Made by a program: the position numbers and the translations under genes. From Octopus sinensis (taxonomy: Eukaryota): a stretch of 64,000 bases of DNA. The notes under the pieces are model-generated. The model saw only the letters and a list, made by a program, of their open reading frames with translations, had not been told where the DNA came from and searched no databases. The DNA is taken from positions 69,750,001-69,814,000 of the forward strand of contig NC_042998.1 of the NCBI RefSeq assembly GCF_006345805.1, given 5' to 3'. Below, piece by piece: positions 1 through 13,269 of the stretch (the stretch's first letter is position 1; each line of letters opens with the position of its first letter).

Positions 1-308
1 CGACGACGAGGGTCCCAGCTGATACGATCAACGGAACAGCTTGCTCGTGAAATTAACGTGCAAATGGCTGAGCATTCCACAGACACGTGTACCCTTAACG
101 TAGTTCTCGGGGATAATCAGCGTGACACAGAGAGTGACAAGGCTGACCCTTTGAAATACAAGTACAACTCATTTTTGCCAGCTGAGTGGACTGGAGCAAC
201 GTGAAATAAAGTGTCTTGCTCAAGGACACAACGCGTCGCCGGGAATCGAACTCACAACCTTACGATCATGAGCCGAATGCCCTAACCACTAAGCCACGCG
301 CCCTCACA
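1..308 (-). mobile_element. tRNA-derived SINE, family A (3' end runs off the window)
   Basis: Reverse complement begins GGCGCGTGGCTTAGTGG (A box) ... GAGTTCGATTCCC (B box) then TGTGTCCTTGAGCAAGACACTT; homologous to 44189-44508, 48784-49075 and 62191-62490. Confidence 0.85.
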
Positions 309-439
309 CATCGTATTACACCACACCACTCAACACTTCATGTTATACTATACTTTGTAACAGAATTATCTCATACTCCACCACACTACCTTATGCATAC
401 AATACAGCCCCACAATGTCGCTTCCGTTACGTTCAAACA

Positions 440-905
440 GTGTTCCCCATAGCTGACGAACATCCTCATCAAATCTTTCCATCTCTGTTGATTATTTGGA
501 AACGCCAATGTGTCTAATTCCCAAAAGAGTCATCCTGCTAACTATCGATCAATCGCTCTCACATCCAACATCTCAAAATCGATGGAATCTATGGTTATAA
601 TAACTTTCTCTAATGTCTTGAATCTCTCCCTCTTTTGTTAATTCCAGTATGGTTTTCGCAAATCCAAATCTCCTATTTCATTCTCAGTGATCCTTCTCTT
701 CAACAAGCTCGGTGAAAGCAATGTTATTTCAGATGAAATTAGCAACGTATTTGATAATTTGTGGCACCAGAATCGTTCAATTTAGTGGCTTACCTTTGGA
801 ATTCAACCACGTTCCAACTTCCTGTCAGATCCCGCCATCAAGAAAGAGTTATGTGCTCCAAGGGAGGGTTATGTTATCCACTCTCGTACCTTATCGATAT
901 ATTTG
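440..905 (+). mobile_element. Degraded non-LTR reverse transcriptase fragment (CR1/L2/Jockey group)
   Basis: Broken translation gives HPANYRSIALTSNISKSMES...QYGFRKSKS...GESNVISDEISNVFDNLWH, matching the RT motifs NYRPISLTS, QYGFR and DISKAFDRVWH. Confidence 0.65.
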
Positions 906-1042
906 CCCTCATTTCTTATATTCCTGATATTTTCTGCAAAACTCAAATACACAACATAGATAAAACTGTATTTCATAAACTGTCTGTTAATTCTTCAAGG
1001 ACTAATGCGACGATAATTCCAACCTGTTGTCCGCTGTCTAAA

Positions 1043-1192
1043 GCAGGCACGGACAAATTTTTTCGAGAAGCGGGCCACATGAGATATGAATCATTATCAG
1101 GAGGGCAGGCAGCACTACTAAAAAAATATTCAAGGTAATATTTTATAAGGCGTGCCATTCAGAATTTCCTACAGGCCGCGGTTTGCCAACAG
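1043..1192. mobile_element. Possible hAT-like MITE remnant
   Basis: GCGGGCCACAT and GGCCGCGGTTTGCCAAC resemble hAT subterminal motifs; the terminal inverted repeats match poorly. Confidence 0.25.
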
Positions 1193-1334
1193 TAGGTCTA
1201 AACTCTTGGAGTGTAACACTGTAAATTGAGTAACACATCGGAAGTGTGTACAATTGTAACACTATAACGTTAAAACCCAACATTAAAACATAACATTAAA
1301 ACACAACAACGGTACTGCATTACAGTAACATTGC

Positions 1335-1564
1335 GAGCGAGCTGGCAGAAACTTTAGCACGCCGGGCGAGATGCGTAGCCGTATTTCGTCTGTGGTTACG
1401 TTCCGAATTCAAATTCCGCCGAGGTAGACTTTGCCTTTCATCCTTTCGGGGTCGATAAATTAAGTACCAGTTACGCACTGGGGTCGATGTAATCGACTTA
1501 ATCCGTTTGTCTTTCCTTGTTTTTTCCCTTTATGTTTAGCCCCTTGTGGGTAGTAAAGAAATAA
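1335..1564 (+). mobile_element. tRNA-derived SINE, family B, with 16-bp target-site duplication
   Basis: B box GAATTCAAATTCC, body GACTTTGCCTTTCATCCTTTCGGGGTCGAT, tail AAAGAAATA; ATTACAGTAACATTGC at 1319-1334 and 1565-1580. Confidence 0.9.
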
Positions 1565-1879
1565 ATTACAGTAACATTGCAATACACCAATACAATGCCA
1601 GAACATCACAGCACTATCAAACTACAACAACCTTACAGCTCTACAACATTACAATACTCCTCTATAACATTATGACGTCTTTCCATTACAAAGCTGCAAC
1701 ACCGCAGCATCCCAACGCTGCAGGATTCCAACACCGCAGCAGTCCAACGCCGCAGTATCCCAACGCTGCATCATTAAACGACTACAACATTCCACAGCAA
1801 TACTACAACATTTCTACATTACCACACTCGTCTCTACAACAGATGTGATCTAATTATCTTGTTATTATCATGATACTAT

Positions 1880-2234
1880 AATTATACACGCGCTTATAAG
1901 CACACACGCGCACGCACTCACACGGAGTCGCTCGCACATACACTCACAACAGTCGTGCACGTACTTCTATATATACACATATTCACACAAATATAAATAA
2001 ATACACAAATTCCTACACATAATCATACACTCACACATAAGCACACATACATACTCGGTCAAACACACGCAAACACGGATACGCATTCCCACTCACGCAC
2101 ATAGACATACACACAATCACAGACACACACAGGCATGCACACACACAAGCATGCACACACACACACACACTCACACATAAATTAACTCAAACGCAATCAC
2201 TGACGCGCATTTTACAGGAACTCAAAAGGATACA

Positions 2235-2291
<57 letters not shown>
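1880..2291. repeat. CA-rich degenerate microsatellite ending in pure (CA)n
   Basis: Read directly from the sequence. Confidence 0.9.
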
Positions 2292-2293
<2 letters not shown>

Positions 2294-2689
2294 TTTTCAT
2301 AAAAAAATCGAATGTTCCAGCAGCTCCTGGACATTTTAAACATTGCTCCAAATAGAACATTTTTTTCTTACAGCTACTCGTTTCTTACAACTCTTAATTA
2401 AGCTCAAAGTATTTTTTAATTATATCTAGGATATGTTTTTATTGATATTTGTTTTATTGTTTTATTGCTCTATTGTTTTGTTCCTGGAATTAACACTTCC
2501 AGATTTATTAAGAAATGGTGTCTAGACAAACGATAGAAGAATATTTAAAAAATAAATGAATAAAATAATGGAGAGTGAAAGAAATGGTACGAAGTTAGAT
2601 AAATTATCTTTAAATATTAATGTGAACGACTGCGGTTGTTATGGTGTCGAAGAACAAATAAATTAGTTTAGTTTTTAATGGCGGATTCT

Positions 2690-2905
2690 GAACACAACAA
2701 CACAACAGCTCAATGAGGGAGCCTTTACGAGGTCACTGGACCTGCTAGAGAAATAGCAGACAAATTACTCCGAACGACAATCTTCGTTTTAAAAGTGGAA
2801 GGACACATAGTCTTCTAGTGCAATCCTAGAATGGTCACGACTTGAACGCTTTTTGATTACATATAGGTCTGCTCGTGGCATGGCTGACCTGGGGCTAAAT
2901 AACAT
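2690..2905 (+). mobile_element. Old interspersed repeat remnant
   Basis: GGTCACTGGACCTGCTAGAGAAATAGCAG...CTGACCTGGGGCTAAATAAC; similar short pieces recur near 4360, 6035, 26400 and 29205. Confidence 0.35.
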
Positions 2906-3242
2906 CATCACCACCATCATTACCAACAACAGCAGCAGCAACAGCAGCAGCAACAGCAGCAGCACCCTTCCCCCCACCACCACCAACAATAACATCACTT
3001 CTAAAATATATTTGAGGAAAGAAAGATGAAAGAAACATGATCATTACGTAAGCAATCCTGGGCAAAAGCTGAAACTAAATTCAACGCATCACCAAAATGG
3101 CTACATTACCCCTCCCCTCACTACACGCTTTAAAGGTGACTCTCCTGTTACATGAAGACATGTTCTTGACGTCATAGTTCACTAAGGATGTCAGTTCAAA
3201 ATTATCCCTTACTCTTTTCTAACCCCCGATGACTACAATCGG

Positions 3243-3275
<33 letters not shown>

Positions 3276-3461
3276 GCAGTAGTAGTAGTGGCTGAAACGG
3301 AAGAATTGCCAACCTAAATGTAACGTGGTACATAGTTATTACCTTTTTCTTCTGAGCTCAAATTCTTCCAAGATCAATTTTCTCTTTCGTTTTAATGTGT
3401 TGGTTTAAATATACATTTACACCAGTCATAATTGCGGGTAGGATTAGAATTAGCTATACCC

Positions 3462-3524
<63 letters not shown>

Positions 3525-3544
3525 CTATTTTTTAATTATTATAA

Positions 3545-3802
3545 ATCTTCCACCGGTTACTAACAAAGACACAAGGATCCGTCTTTGGGATGTAGTTAAT
3601 ACAGACAAATTCACATTTAGAACTTGAGAAAAGTCTTGCATATTTTTACTGTTCCACTCACAGATTGCACTAATAATGTACGAATTAGCCGGTCTATTTC
3701 TCTTTCTGAAAATCCCAGTTTATCCAGATTCTCCTTTAAGCATTTACTAACAAAACCTAGTGCTCCAATTATTATTGGTATGAATATGAATTCACTGTCT
3801 GG

Positions 3803-3833
<31 letters not shown>

Positions 3834-3990
3834 TGTATGTATGTATGTATGTATGTATGTATGCATGTATGTATGTATGTATGTATGTACGGACGATATT
3901 GTCTACTTTTTACCGTCCTTTACCGTGCATGTGAATGTACTTAAATCTTAACCGTTAGCTGTATTAACAACAACGGGTCGACCTTTTCGC
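3545..3990 (-). mobile_element. 3' end of R4/Dong-like LINE (restriction-like endonuclease C-terminus), split by (TACA)n
   Basis: Minus translation PDSEFIFIPIIIGALGFVSKCLKENLDKLGFSEREIDRLIRTLLVQSVSGTVKICKTFLKF* matches the PIIIGALG...GTxxI tail of REL-type LINEs. Confidence 0.6.
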
Positions 3991-4399
3991 TATAGGGGTC
4001 AAGACACTATCAGACATACCAACCAAGTTTGTCTGATACAAACTGAGAGTAGCTGGCACAGTGGTATGTTTACTTGTGCTAAATTCAACGACAGGGAGTG
4101 GCGGGTCACTTTGGTGTAATGGTTATCCCGGACGAACAATATATGTGGTTTAATTCCTATGGGCGATCTTGTCCACTTTTTCGCTTTATGCTGTGCACTC
4201 GAATCTTAAAAGTTTATATTCTATTATAAACATATTCACACACACACACACACATACATAATACATGCATATATATATATATATACAGACCAACAAATAT
4301 ACAAAAATTTGCTCCTGCCAAATTTATCATCTCTGCTTCGAAGAAACGTGAGAGTCGCTATGTGGTCGCTCGACCTTCTAGAATCATCAACTTAGGCGT

Positions 4400-4815
4400 C
4401 AGCGTGGCTGTGTTGTAAAAAATTTACTTCTCAACTACATGGTTCCGGGCTCTTTGGCAAATCTTCTATTATAGCTTCGGGTCGACTAAAGCCTTGTGAA
4501 TAGATTTTGGTAGACAGAAACCGAAAAGAAACTCGTCGGACACACGGGAACACACACTCACACACACACGCGCGCGCACATGTGTTTGTGTGTGTGTATG
4601 TATGTGTACTGCGTTTGCTCTCCACTACTGTGTGACAACGGGTGTTAGTTTGTTTACGCTGCCGTAAATTAGCGGTTCGGCAAAAGCGAGCGATAGGATA
4701 AGTGTCAGGCTTTTAAAAAAAGTACTGGGGTCGATTCGCTTGATTAAAAATTTTCAAGGTGGTGCCCCAGCATGGCCATAGGTTAATGACTGAGACCAGT
4801 AAAAAGATAAAGAAA
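4400..4815 (+). mobile_element. tRNA-derived SINE, family C (internal CA/TG microsatellite)
   Basis: Head GTGGCTGTGTTGTAA...GGTTCCGGG, body GACTAAAGCCTTGTGAATAGATTTTGGTAGACAGAAAC, tail CCCAGCATGGCC...AGTAAAAAGA. Confidence 0.85.
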
Positions 4816-4950
4816 CATAAAAAAGACATGGACCTAGTCGGTTTAACGTTACATTTTTATAGGCTAATGAATGATGTGAAAATCATTTTCGCTACAGATC
4901 AATAGATAAAGAGTTATTAACAATTAAAGTTTGAAAATTTTGGTAATTTT

Positions 4951-4997
4951 AGCCAATCGTAAGCCACAGACACATTCATGCCTGTTTCCATAGTAAC
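4951..4997 (+). promoter_or_regulatory. CCAAT box plus RFX X-box-like motif
   Basis: AGCCAATC at 4951-4958 and GTTTCCATAGTAAC at 4984-4997, which fits the X-box consensus GTNNCCATRGNAAC; motif match only. Confidence 0.3.
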
Positions 4998-5164
4998 AAG
5001 CGGAACATGGGAACTCTTTTGTCTGTGAGAAAGTACGCGTTGACGAATATATTGAAACCATTTGTTTTACCTGTCTATTGACAACTGAGCATGTGAATTT
5101 ATGAACTGGTCAACTGTTTGTTTTTTAAAAAAATATTTAATTTGTAACTTGTTGTACAACGCTT

Positions 5165-5592
5165 TTGCATCAGATGCATATTGAATGCTTAAAACTACTT
5201 GTTTACTCGTTTCTTTTTGTCATTGAGGTGGTTGTGAGGTGTGCTAAAAATAATAGCTAAATAGCGTTTTTTGAATGATTCTTTTAAATTAATATAAACA
5301 TTTATTTACATGAAAGAAAATTATCAGAGAGCTTTCTTTAATTCTCCCAAATCTTTCTCTTAAAACTGCATTGAAACCATTTGTGGGGGAAAATTGTAAT
5401 ATGTTTATCGCATGTAACGTGTTGTTGATCGCATTTGCATTAAATGCATATTGAATGCTTAAAACTATTTGTTTACTCGTTTCTTTATGCCATTGAGATA
5501 GTTGTGAGATGTGCTAAAAGTAACAGCTAAATAACGTTTTTTGGATAAATCTTTTAAGTTCGTGCTATCGCATTAAATGCATATTGAATGCT
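5165..5592. repeat. Local ~125-bp direct duplication plus a partial third copy
   Basis: GCATATTGAATGCTTAAAACTA...TCTTTTAA at about 5165-5287 and 5435-5557; partial copy at 5571-5598. Confidence 0.8.
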
Positions 5593-6918
5593 TCAAACTA
5601 CATAACATGTTGTTTACAAATATTAACAACACGTGCTATTTTCAGGATGCTGTCGACAAAATGTGTAGTCACGCACAAAATGACAGCTTCCAAATCCTGT
5701 TTCCTGACTGGGTGAAAATGGATCAAACTTTAAACCTGTATAACTTTTTTAAAGCATTTTTCTGGAGAGAGTAAAATAACGCCAGCAATTCAGCTTGGAA
5801 AAGTATATTAATGTGCCAAAGTTTAAAATTTTCGAAAAACTTTATTTTTTGAAATGCTGGCAGCCAAACAAACTTGATCCAAAAACATACAATTTCCTCA
5901 AATCCCACACCTACCGTCTTTAAGAAAAAAAAAAAAAAAAAAAGGATGCGTTAGATGATGTGGCTCTGAATTCTCTACACACTAGTGAAAAAAAATGAGA
6001 TGGTCATGGTTTTGCTAATATGCTCGGTTACGGTGGAACTGGGGCTAAACAACAGCAATAACCATTTTCATTTTTAAGCAGCAATAACAGAGAACATCAA
6101 ACACAATCAATCCGGGCAACATTCTTAGGAACATAAATATTTTACATTACATACGAAATAAAAATTCTATGAAGCCATCATTCTCTCTCTCTCTCCTACT
6201 ATCTCCCTCTACTTCTCTCTCTCTCCCTTTCCATCCCTTTCTTTCTCTCTCTCACTCTCTGTGACTTTCTCTCTCTTTCTCTCTCTCCATCTACCTTAAT
6301 GTCCAAAAAAGTGGTTGAAGAAAATTCAATAAGCTAAGACACATTTTCAAACTTGAAACTAATCTATAAAGATATTTGTTAATTAAATAAACAACATTTA
6401 TTTTTTCTTATGTCTTAATAAAATTTTTTGGTTCAAGCTTTAAGCTGAGATAAAAGTCTGATAAATAAATAACATTATTAATGTATGATTAAAATTAAAA
6501 TTTCATTTGTTTATTTTATATATTTTTTTATACAGGGGATACCACTTTTAGTGTTGTTCATACATTATACAAAGATAAGTATAAAATAAGGTCTAGTTTT
6601 TCTGGTAATTTGTGAATGTTCAGGTTTTTTCTCCAGTAGATTTTTATATAAATAATGTAAGCGAAATAATTATTCTATATTCTAAATGGAAATAGAGAAT
6701 CAATGAATTTTTATGGACTATAGATAGAATTTTAGCACGTGTTGAAGTGGATAGCATTCGTTAAACATGATAAAAATGATTGAAGAAAAACACATTAATT
6801 AATTAAATAATAAAAAAAAAATTATGAGCGTTATATTAAATAAACACATTTTACGTATAATTGAGAAAAATGGATCGGTTTAAATTCTGTGTCGATGTAG
6901 GTCGTAAATTTAAGTGTG

Positions 6919-6962
<44 letters not shown>

Positions 6963-7630
6963 GATATACAAACACACACATACATATATGTATAGATACA
7001 CACACATATATCTGTATACATATGTATATATACATATGGCAAGAAGATAAAATTAATTTCAAAGTGTATTAAACAGATATATGTATATTTATGTCTATGA
7101 AAAATTAATATGTTAAGGATGATGAATTGCAATTACCACCGAAAGATTCATGCGATAAAACGTATTTTCCAAGATCACGTGCAGAGCCTAAAGTGCTTTA
7201 GATTGAAAAATGAATGTATCGTATAGGATGGCAGAATTATGTAAGTAGTTTAATATGTAAGTAATAATAAATAGTTCATATGTAAGCATTGAAATATTTG
7301 ATAAACAGAAGAAAAAGAAAAAGGAAAAAAACAAAAACAAGAAAAGCAGATTTAAGCAGTTATTCTGTTTTGCAAGTCACGTGACTAAAAATAGCTAATC
7401 ATTTTCGTATAAATTTCTCATCATGCTCGAATATAGGAGCTCTCACTAGCCTACCTGTCATCATATAAGCAGCGTCGTTTAAAATTTTTAGTTGTATTGT
7501 CTTGATGGCGAATAATTCTAGGTCGCCCAGCGAGCAGCTTTCACATATTCATGTTCAGGAATTTTCTTTTTAGCCATAACATTTGCTCTAACACATATTG
7601 TCTATAATGTGTTTGTTAGGGCAAACAGTA

Positions 7631-7678
7631 CACCACCACCACCACCACCACCACCACTGCTACTACTAACTACACCAG

Positions 7679-7773
<95 letters not shown>
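7631..7773. repeat. Compound trinucleotide array (CCA)n-(GCT)n-(ACT)n
   Basis: Read directly from the sequence. Confidence 0.95.
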
Positions 7774-7980
7774 GTGTATATATCTATATATTCAATAAAA
7801 ACTGTTAAATCAAAATAGACATCTGTGTATCATACTTAATGCAAATGCATCACGAAATGGCAAATTAACTACGGTATTCGTCCGGAGATAAAAATCTCTT
7901 ATATCTTATGTGTTTAAATATACAAATATATCAGTAGCAGACGACATTCGTCTGGACTTAGAGTATTCTTCATTCTAAAC

Positions 7981-8557
7981 CTTTTCTTATCTTTTAGTTT
8001 TTACTTGTTTCAGTCATTAGTCTGCAGCCACGGTACTAATTTTTTGTTCTTAAACCTAGTACTTATTCTATCCGTTGCTTTTGCGTAAACAAACCAGTTT
8101 TCAAGCAGCGGTGGAGGATAAGCTAGTTTTCAAGCAGTGGTGGGAGACAAGCCAGTTTTCAAGCAGTTGTGGGGGACAAACCAGTTTTCAAGCTGTGGTG
8201 AGGGACAAACCAGTTTTCAAGCAGTGGTGGCAGACAAACCAGTTTTCAAGCAGTGGTGGCAGACAAACCAGTTTTCAAGCAGTGGTGGCAGACCGACCAG
8301 TTTTCAAGCAGTGGTGGGAGACAAGCGAGTTTTCAAGCAGTTGTGGGGGACAAACCATTTTTCAAGCTGTGGTGGGAAACAAGCCAGTTTTCAAGCAGTT
8401 GTGGGGGACAAACCAGTTTTCAAGCATTGGTGAGGGACAAACTAGATTTCAAGCAGTGGTGGGAGACAAACCAGTTTTCAAGCAGTGATGGGGGACAAAC
8501 CAGTTTTCAAGCATTGGTGGGGGACCAACAGAGACTGAAATACACACACACACACAC

Positions 8558-8652
<95 letters not shown>

Positions 8653-8660
8653 CAGCTATA

Positions 8661-8693
<33 letters not shown>

Positions 8694-8885
8694 CTCTATC
8701 TATCCTGCTAGCTATCTGCACGGCGAGCTTCTTTCGGTTTCCGTCAGCCAAATTCACTCACAAGGCTTTGGTCGGCCCGGGACTATAGTAGAACAAACGT
8801 ACTCAAATTGCCACGCTATGGTACTGAACCCGGAACCATGTGCTCAGGAAGCAAACTTCTATCACACAGCTACACCTTCTCCTAT
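7981..8885 (-). mobile_element. SINE family C carrying an internal 29-bp minisatellite and (TATC)n
   Basis: Tail at 7981-8075 and head at 8720-8885 are reverse-complement matches to 8960-9445. Confidence 0.8.
8091..8526. repeat. 29-bp minisatellite, about 15 units
   Basis: Unit AAACCAGTTTTCAAGCAGTGGTGGGGGAC repeated head-to-tail; explains the repetitive ORFs at 8075-8711. Confidence 0.95.
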
Positions 8886-8959
8886 TTTACACTATGTATG
8901 TTCAAGCAAACTTCCGTTTAAATATTTTTTCAGTCTGTATCACATTCTAATTTGCTATA

Positions 8960-9162
8960 TAGGCGCAGGAGTGGCTGTGTGGTAAGTAGTTTGCTTACCA
9001 ACCACCTGGTTCCGGGTTCAGTCCCACTGCGTGGCACCTTGGGCAAGTGTCTTCTACTATAGCCTCGGGCCGAGCAAAGCCTTATGAGTGGATTTGGTAG
9101 GCAGAAACTGAAAGAAGCCCGTCGTATATATGTATATATATATATGTATGTATATATATATG

Positions 9163-9205
<43 letters not shown>

Positions 9206-9226
9206 ATGTGTGTGTATGTGTGTGTG

Positions 9227-9275
<49 letters not shown>

Positions 9276-9445
9276 TTGTGTGTCTGTTCTTGTCCCCACC
9301 AACATCGCTTGACATGCTATGCTGGTGTGCTTACGTCCCCGTAACTTAGTGGTTCGGCAAAAAGACACCGATAGAATAGGTAGTAGGCTAAGTCCTGGGG
9401 TCGATTTGCTCGCAGTCAAATGACTGAAACCAATAAAAGAAAAGA
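8960..9445 (+). mobile_element. SINE family C, full length
   Basis: A box TGGCTGTGTGGTAAG, B box GGGTTCAGTCCC, GGCACCTTGGGCAAGTGTCTT body, internal (TA)n(TG)n, A-rich tail. Confidence 0.9.
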
Positions 9446-10215
9446 AAAGAAAAAGATTACACTAACATCATCTTTTGGTTGAACACACTTCTTTTTGCTG
9501 CCGTAAACTTGTTTTTTTTAAGATTCTCTACTTTCTTCTTATGCACACTCACGCCTTATTTGGAAAGCTTGATGAATCGCTTTCATTTCTTCAGCAGGAA
9601 ATTTCATTTCAAATGTCATCTGATAACTTATTCATAGATAGTATCAGATTTGATTAATATTAAGAAACTTTCTGATATCAACAACAGGTCTGCTATTCAG
9701 TAATTTTGTATGAGGTTTACTTTAAGCTGTAATTAATGAAACATTTTACTTATTTATTTCTCTATAATTACAAGGAAAATAAACGAACATCTTAAAGAAA
9801 AACTGATTTAAATAATTAAGTTTAAGATGATATTAATCATAAATAATATTCTAAACGGGCGTACACACTGCTTAATATTTGGTATCAGATTATTAGATTT
9901 TATTTAACTCTATGGCTTCAAACATAAATACGATGCTTCATTTATATATACATACATACATGCACACACATACATACATATATACATACGTGCATACATT
10001 CATACATACATACATACATACATACATACAAACATAGATATATACATACGTGCATACATACATGCATGCATATATATACACATATGCATACATATGTACA
10101 TACATAATACACATATGCATATATACATACATACGTGCATACATACACACATGCATATATATAGATACATACGTGCATACATACACATATGCATATATAT
10201 ATATATATATATATA

Positions 10216-10440
10216 CCTTTTACTCTTACTTGTTTCAGGCATTTGACTGCGGCCATGCTGGAACACCGCCTTTAGTCGAGTAAATCGACCCCAGGACTTC
10301 TTCTTTGTAAGTCTAGTCCTTATTCTATCGGTCTCTTTTGCCGAACAACTAAGTTACGGGGACGTAAATACACCAGCATCGGTTGTCAAGCAATGTTGGG
10401 GGGACAAACACAGACACAGAAACACACACACACACACACA
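10216..10440 (-). mobile_element. SINE family C, 3' half
   Basis: Reverse complement of the family C tail, ending at the internal microsatellite. Confidence 0.85.
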
Positions 10441-10456
10441 TACATACATACATACA

Positions 10457-10488
<32 letters not shown>

Positions 10489-11004
10489 GTTTTTATTTAT
10501 TTGTCATTGCTTTCATTATTATATCATCACAAGTATATATATTATTTTTATCTCTACATATCATTAATTTTATATGAATGTTTACAGACATAAGTTACGT
10601 GAGAATTTAGTTTTGTAAATTTTAATTTTAAAATTTTAAATTTTTTAATTTTTACTTTTAATTTTTTAATTTTTATTAATTTTATTTGAATTAAATTATG
10701 GCTTGCACAGTAAGTTCCGGCGTATCTATTTACACATACACATACTTATATGTTAAAATTCAAATATAGTATTTGGTATCGAACTATGATAAAGTTATTT
10801 AGAGGCCTGATGATTGGCGTTACATTTTAAGAAAGGTTCCTGTAAAACACTGCGTACTTAAAGAACCGTAAAAGAACCCCAAGAAACACGTGTAGCTGAG
10901 AAATGAGTAGTAAGTATTAAATTAAAATTCTTTTATATGGTGTGATGAAGGGGACTACTATCTCTAAATAACACACACACATATATATATATATATATAA
11001 TATG

Positions 11005-11035
<31 letters not shown>

Positions 11036-11055
11036 TATATATATATATATATATA

Positions 11056-11125
<70 letters not shown>

Positions 11126-11220
11126 CTTTTAGAGGGAAAAAGGTTGATAGTGATTTTGAAGTTTCGGCATGCTCGCATTCATCAGACTATTGAAAAGCAA
11201 TGAATCATTTTCAGTTTAAT

Positions 11221-11262
<42 letters not shown>

Positions 11263-11571
11263 GCACACACAGACACAGACAGACACACACACAACACACA
11301 CACACAAACGCGCGCGCGCGCGCACAAACACACACGTGTTCCAATCAATAAAAGTTTTGTGTGGGAAGAAGTTCGACACACAAACAGCTGATTCTAAGTT
11401 CGATCACAAGGTGCAGTGTCATGAACACAAATGTCTTCTATCTTTGTCTCGATTAAGACTTTGTGTTATACATACATACATACATACAAACATACATACA
11501 TACATACGTGCATGCAAGTATACGCATGGGAAGACATACATAAAACAAAACATACAAATCTGTACATATAG

Positions 11572-11962
11572 TAGGCGCAGGAGTGGCTGTGTGATAAGTA
11601 GCTTGCTTCCCAACCACATGGTTCCGGGTTCAGTCCCTGTGTGTGGCACCTAGGGCAAGTATCTTCTGCTATAGCCTCGGTCCGACCAAAGCGTTGTGAG
11701 TGGATTTGGTAGACGGAAACTGAAAGAAGCCTGTTGTATATGTGTGTGTGTGTGTGTTTGTGTCTGACTGTCCATCCAACATCGTTTGACAACCGATGCT
11801 GGTGTGTTTATGTTCCCGTAGCTCAGCGGTTCGGCAATAGAGATCAATAGAATAAGTACTAGGCTTACAAAGAATAATTCCTGGGGTCGATTTGCTCGAC
11901 TAAAGGCGGTGCTCCAGCATGGCTGCAGTCAAATGACAGAAGCAGTTAAAAGAACAAAAGAA
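11572..11962 (+). mobile_element. SINE family C, full length
   Basis: Same head, body and tail as 8960-9445. Confidence 0.9.
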
Positions 11963-12739
11963 TATACCTATATACAAAAATACCCTGTTGCTGATGTTGA
12001 ATTCAAATGAAGGGATTTTGGATCCAGGTTAGGAACCAGATCTTTCTCTATTGGATAGAAATCTTGAAATAAAACTGAATAATGGCATCCATCCATCCAC
12101 CCACGCACACGCATACACACACACATATACATGTATGTATATAGATACGTGTATATGTGGAGGAAGGACAGTGTGAGGATCTTCGGAAAGATTTAAATTC
12201 CGTGATAATACCAAAGAGGTATTACAGAAAAGCACAGTTGACCAACAGACCATACATACATATGTCATATAATTCATAACTATTTCCATCCCAGCCTCGG
12301 ATACTTCGGACAGACTGACCACTTTTATGATGTTGATGACTTATGATTATACTTCGCAAGATGACCTACAACGTCCAGACGAAACGGCAACACGTCCATC
12401 GAGCACTTAATACAACAGATAATAAAACCGACTTTCCATTCTTCCCTGTTCTCGGTTACATTACTATTTCACATGATTTTCCAACCTTTCAATTATTTAC
12501 GATCTTGATCTTGATTTTTTTTGTCTTCTTTTCTGTTTTTGGATACAAACTTGTCCAGTTCTGTTGTACGTACTTTTCTAATTTTCTCCATCATCTCATA
12601 TTTCTTATATTCTGCAGCTTAGTTACTTTTTATACAACAATCTGAGTTATGTCTATCTGTCTCACAAATAAACTATCCCCTCTACCAAACTATTTACATA
12701 TGTACGTGTATGTACGTATGTATGAATGTATCTATATCA

Positions 12740-12741
12740 AC

Positions 12742-12831
<90 letters not shown>

Positions 12832-13060
12832 GTCTGTCTATCTGCCTGCCTGTCTATCTGTCTGTCCATATGCCTACCTACCTACCTACCTACCTACCTA
12901 CCTACCTACCTACCTATCTACCTACCTACTACCTACCTACCTACCTACCTACCTACTACCTACCTGCCTATCTACCTACCTACCTACCTATCTACCTACC
13001 TACCTATCTACCTACCTACCTATCTACCTACCTACCTACCTGCCTATCTATCTATCTATC
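12740..13060. repeat. (TATC)n/(TGTC)n/(TACC)n compound tetranucleotide array
   Basis: Read directly; source of the LSIY and LPTY ORFs. Confidence 0.95.
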
Positions 13061-13269
13061 TTTTTCTCTTTCTCTTATCCGTATTTTTTCCTCTTTGTCT
13101 ACATTGTCTTTTCCACTCAAGATATTCGATATAATATATACTTCTCTCCATAATGTTCTTCTCGTATCATGTTGCATACGTTTTGCTGTTATTTTTCTCT
13201 TTCATATTCAACTTTAATTGTAAGAATTCGATCCCATTAATTGTGAGAAGAATCAATTGCATATCTTTT

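Noticed and set aside
7609-7818. ORF with poly-Pro, poly-Ala and poly-Thr runs
   Set aside because: It consists almost entirely of compound triplet repeat with no flanking domain or convincing splice context.
8075-8711. 29-bp array as a CRISPR array or repeat protein
   Set aside because: Units are contiguous with no unique spacers, there are no cas genes, the context is eukaryotic, and 29 is not a multiple of three.
11352-11390. Short hairpin TTTGTGTG/CACACAAA
   Set aside because: An 8-bp stem built on TG/CA repeats is expected by chance here and is too short for a precursor.
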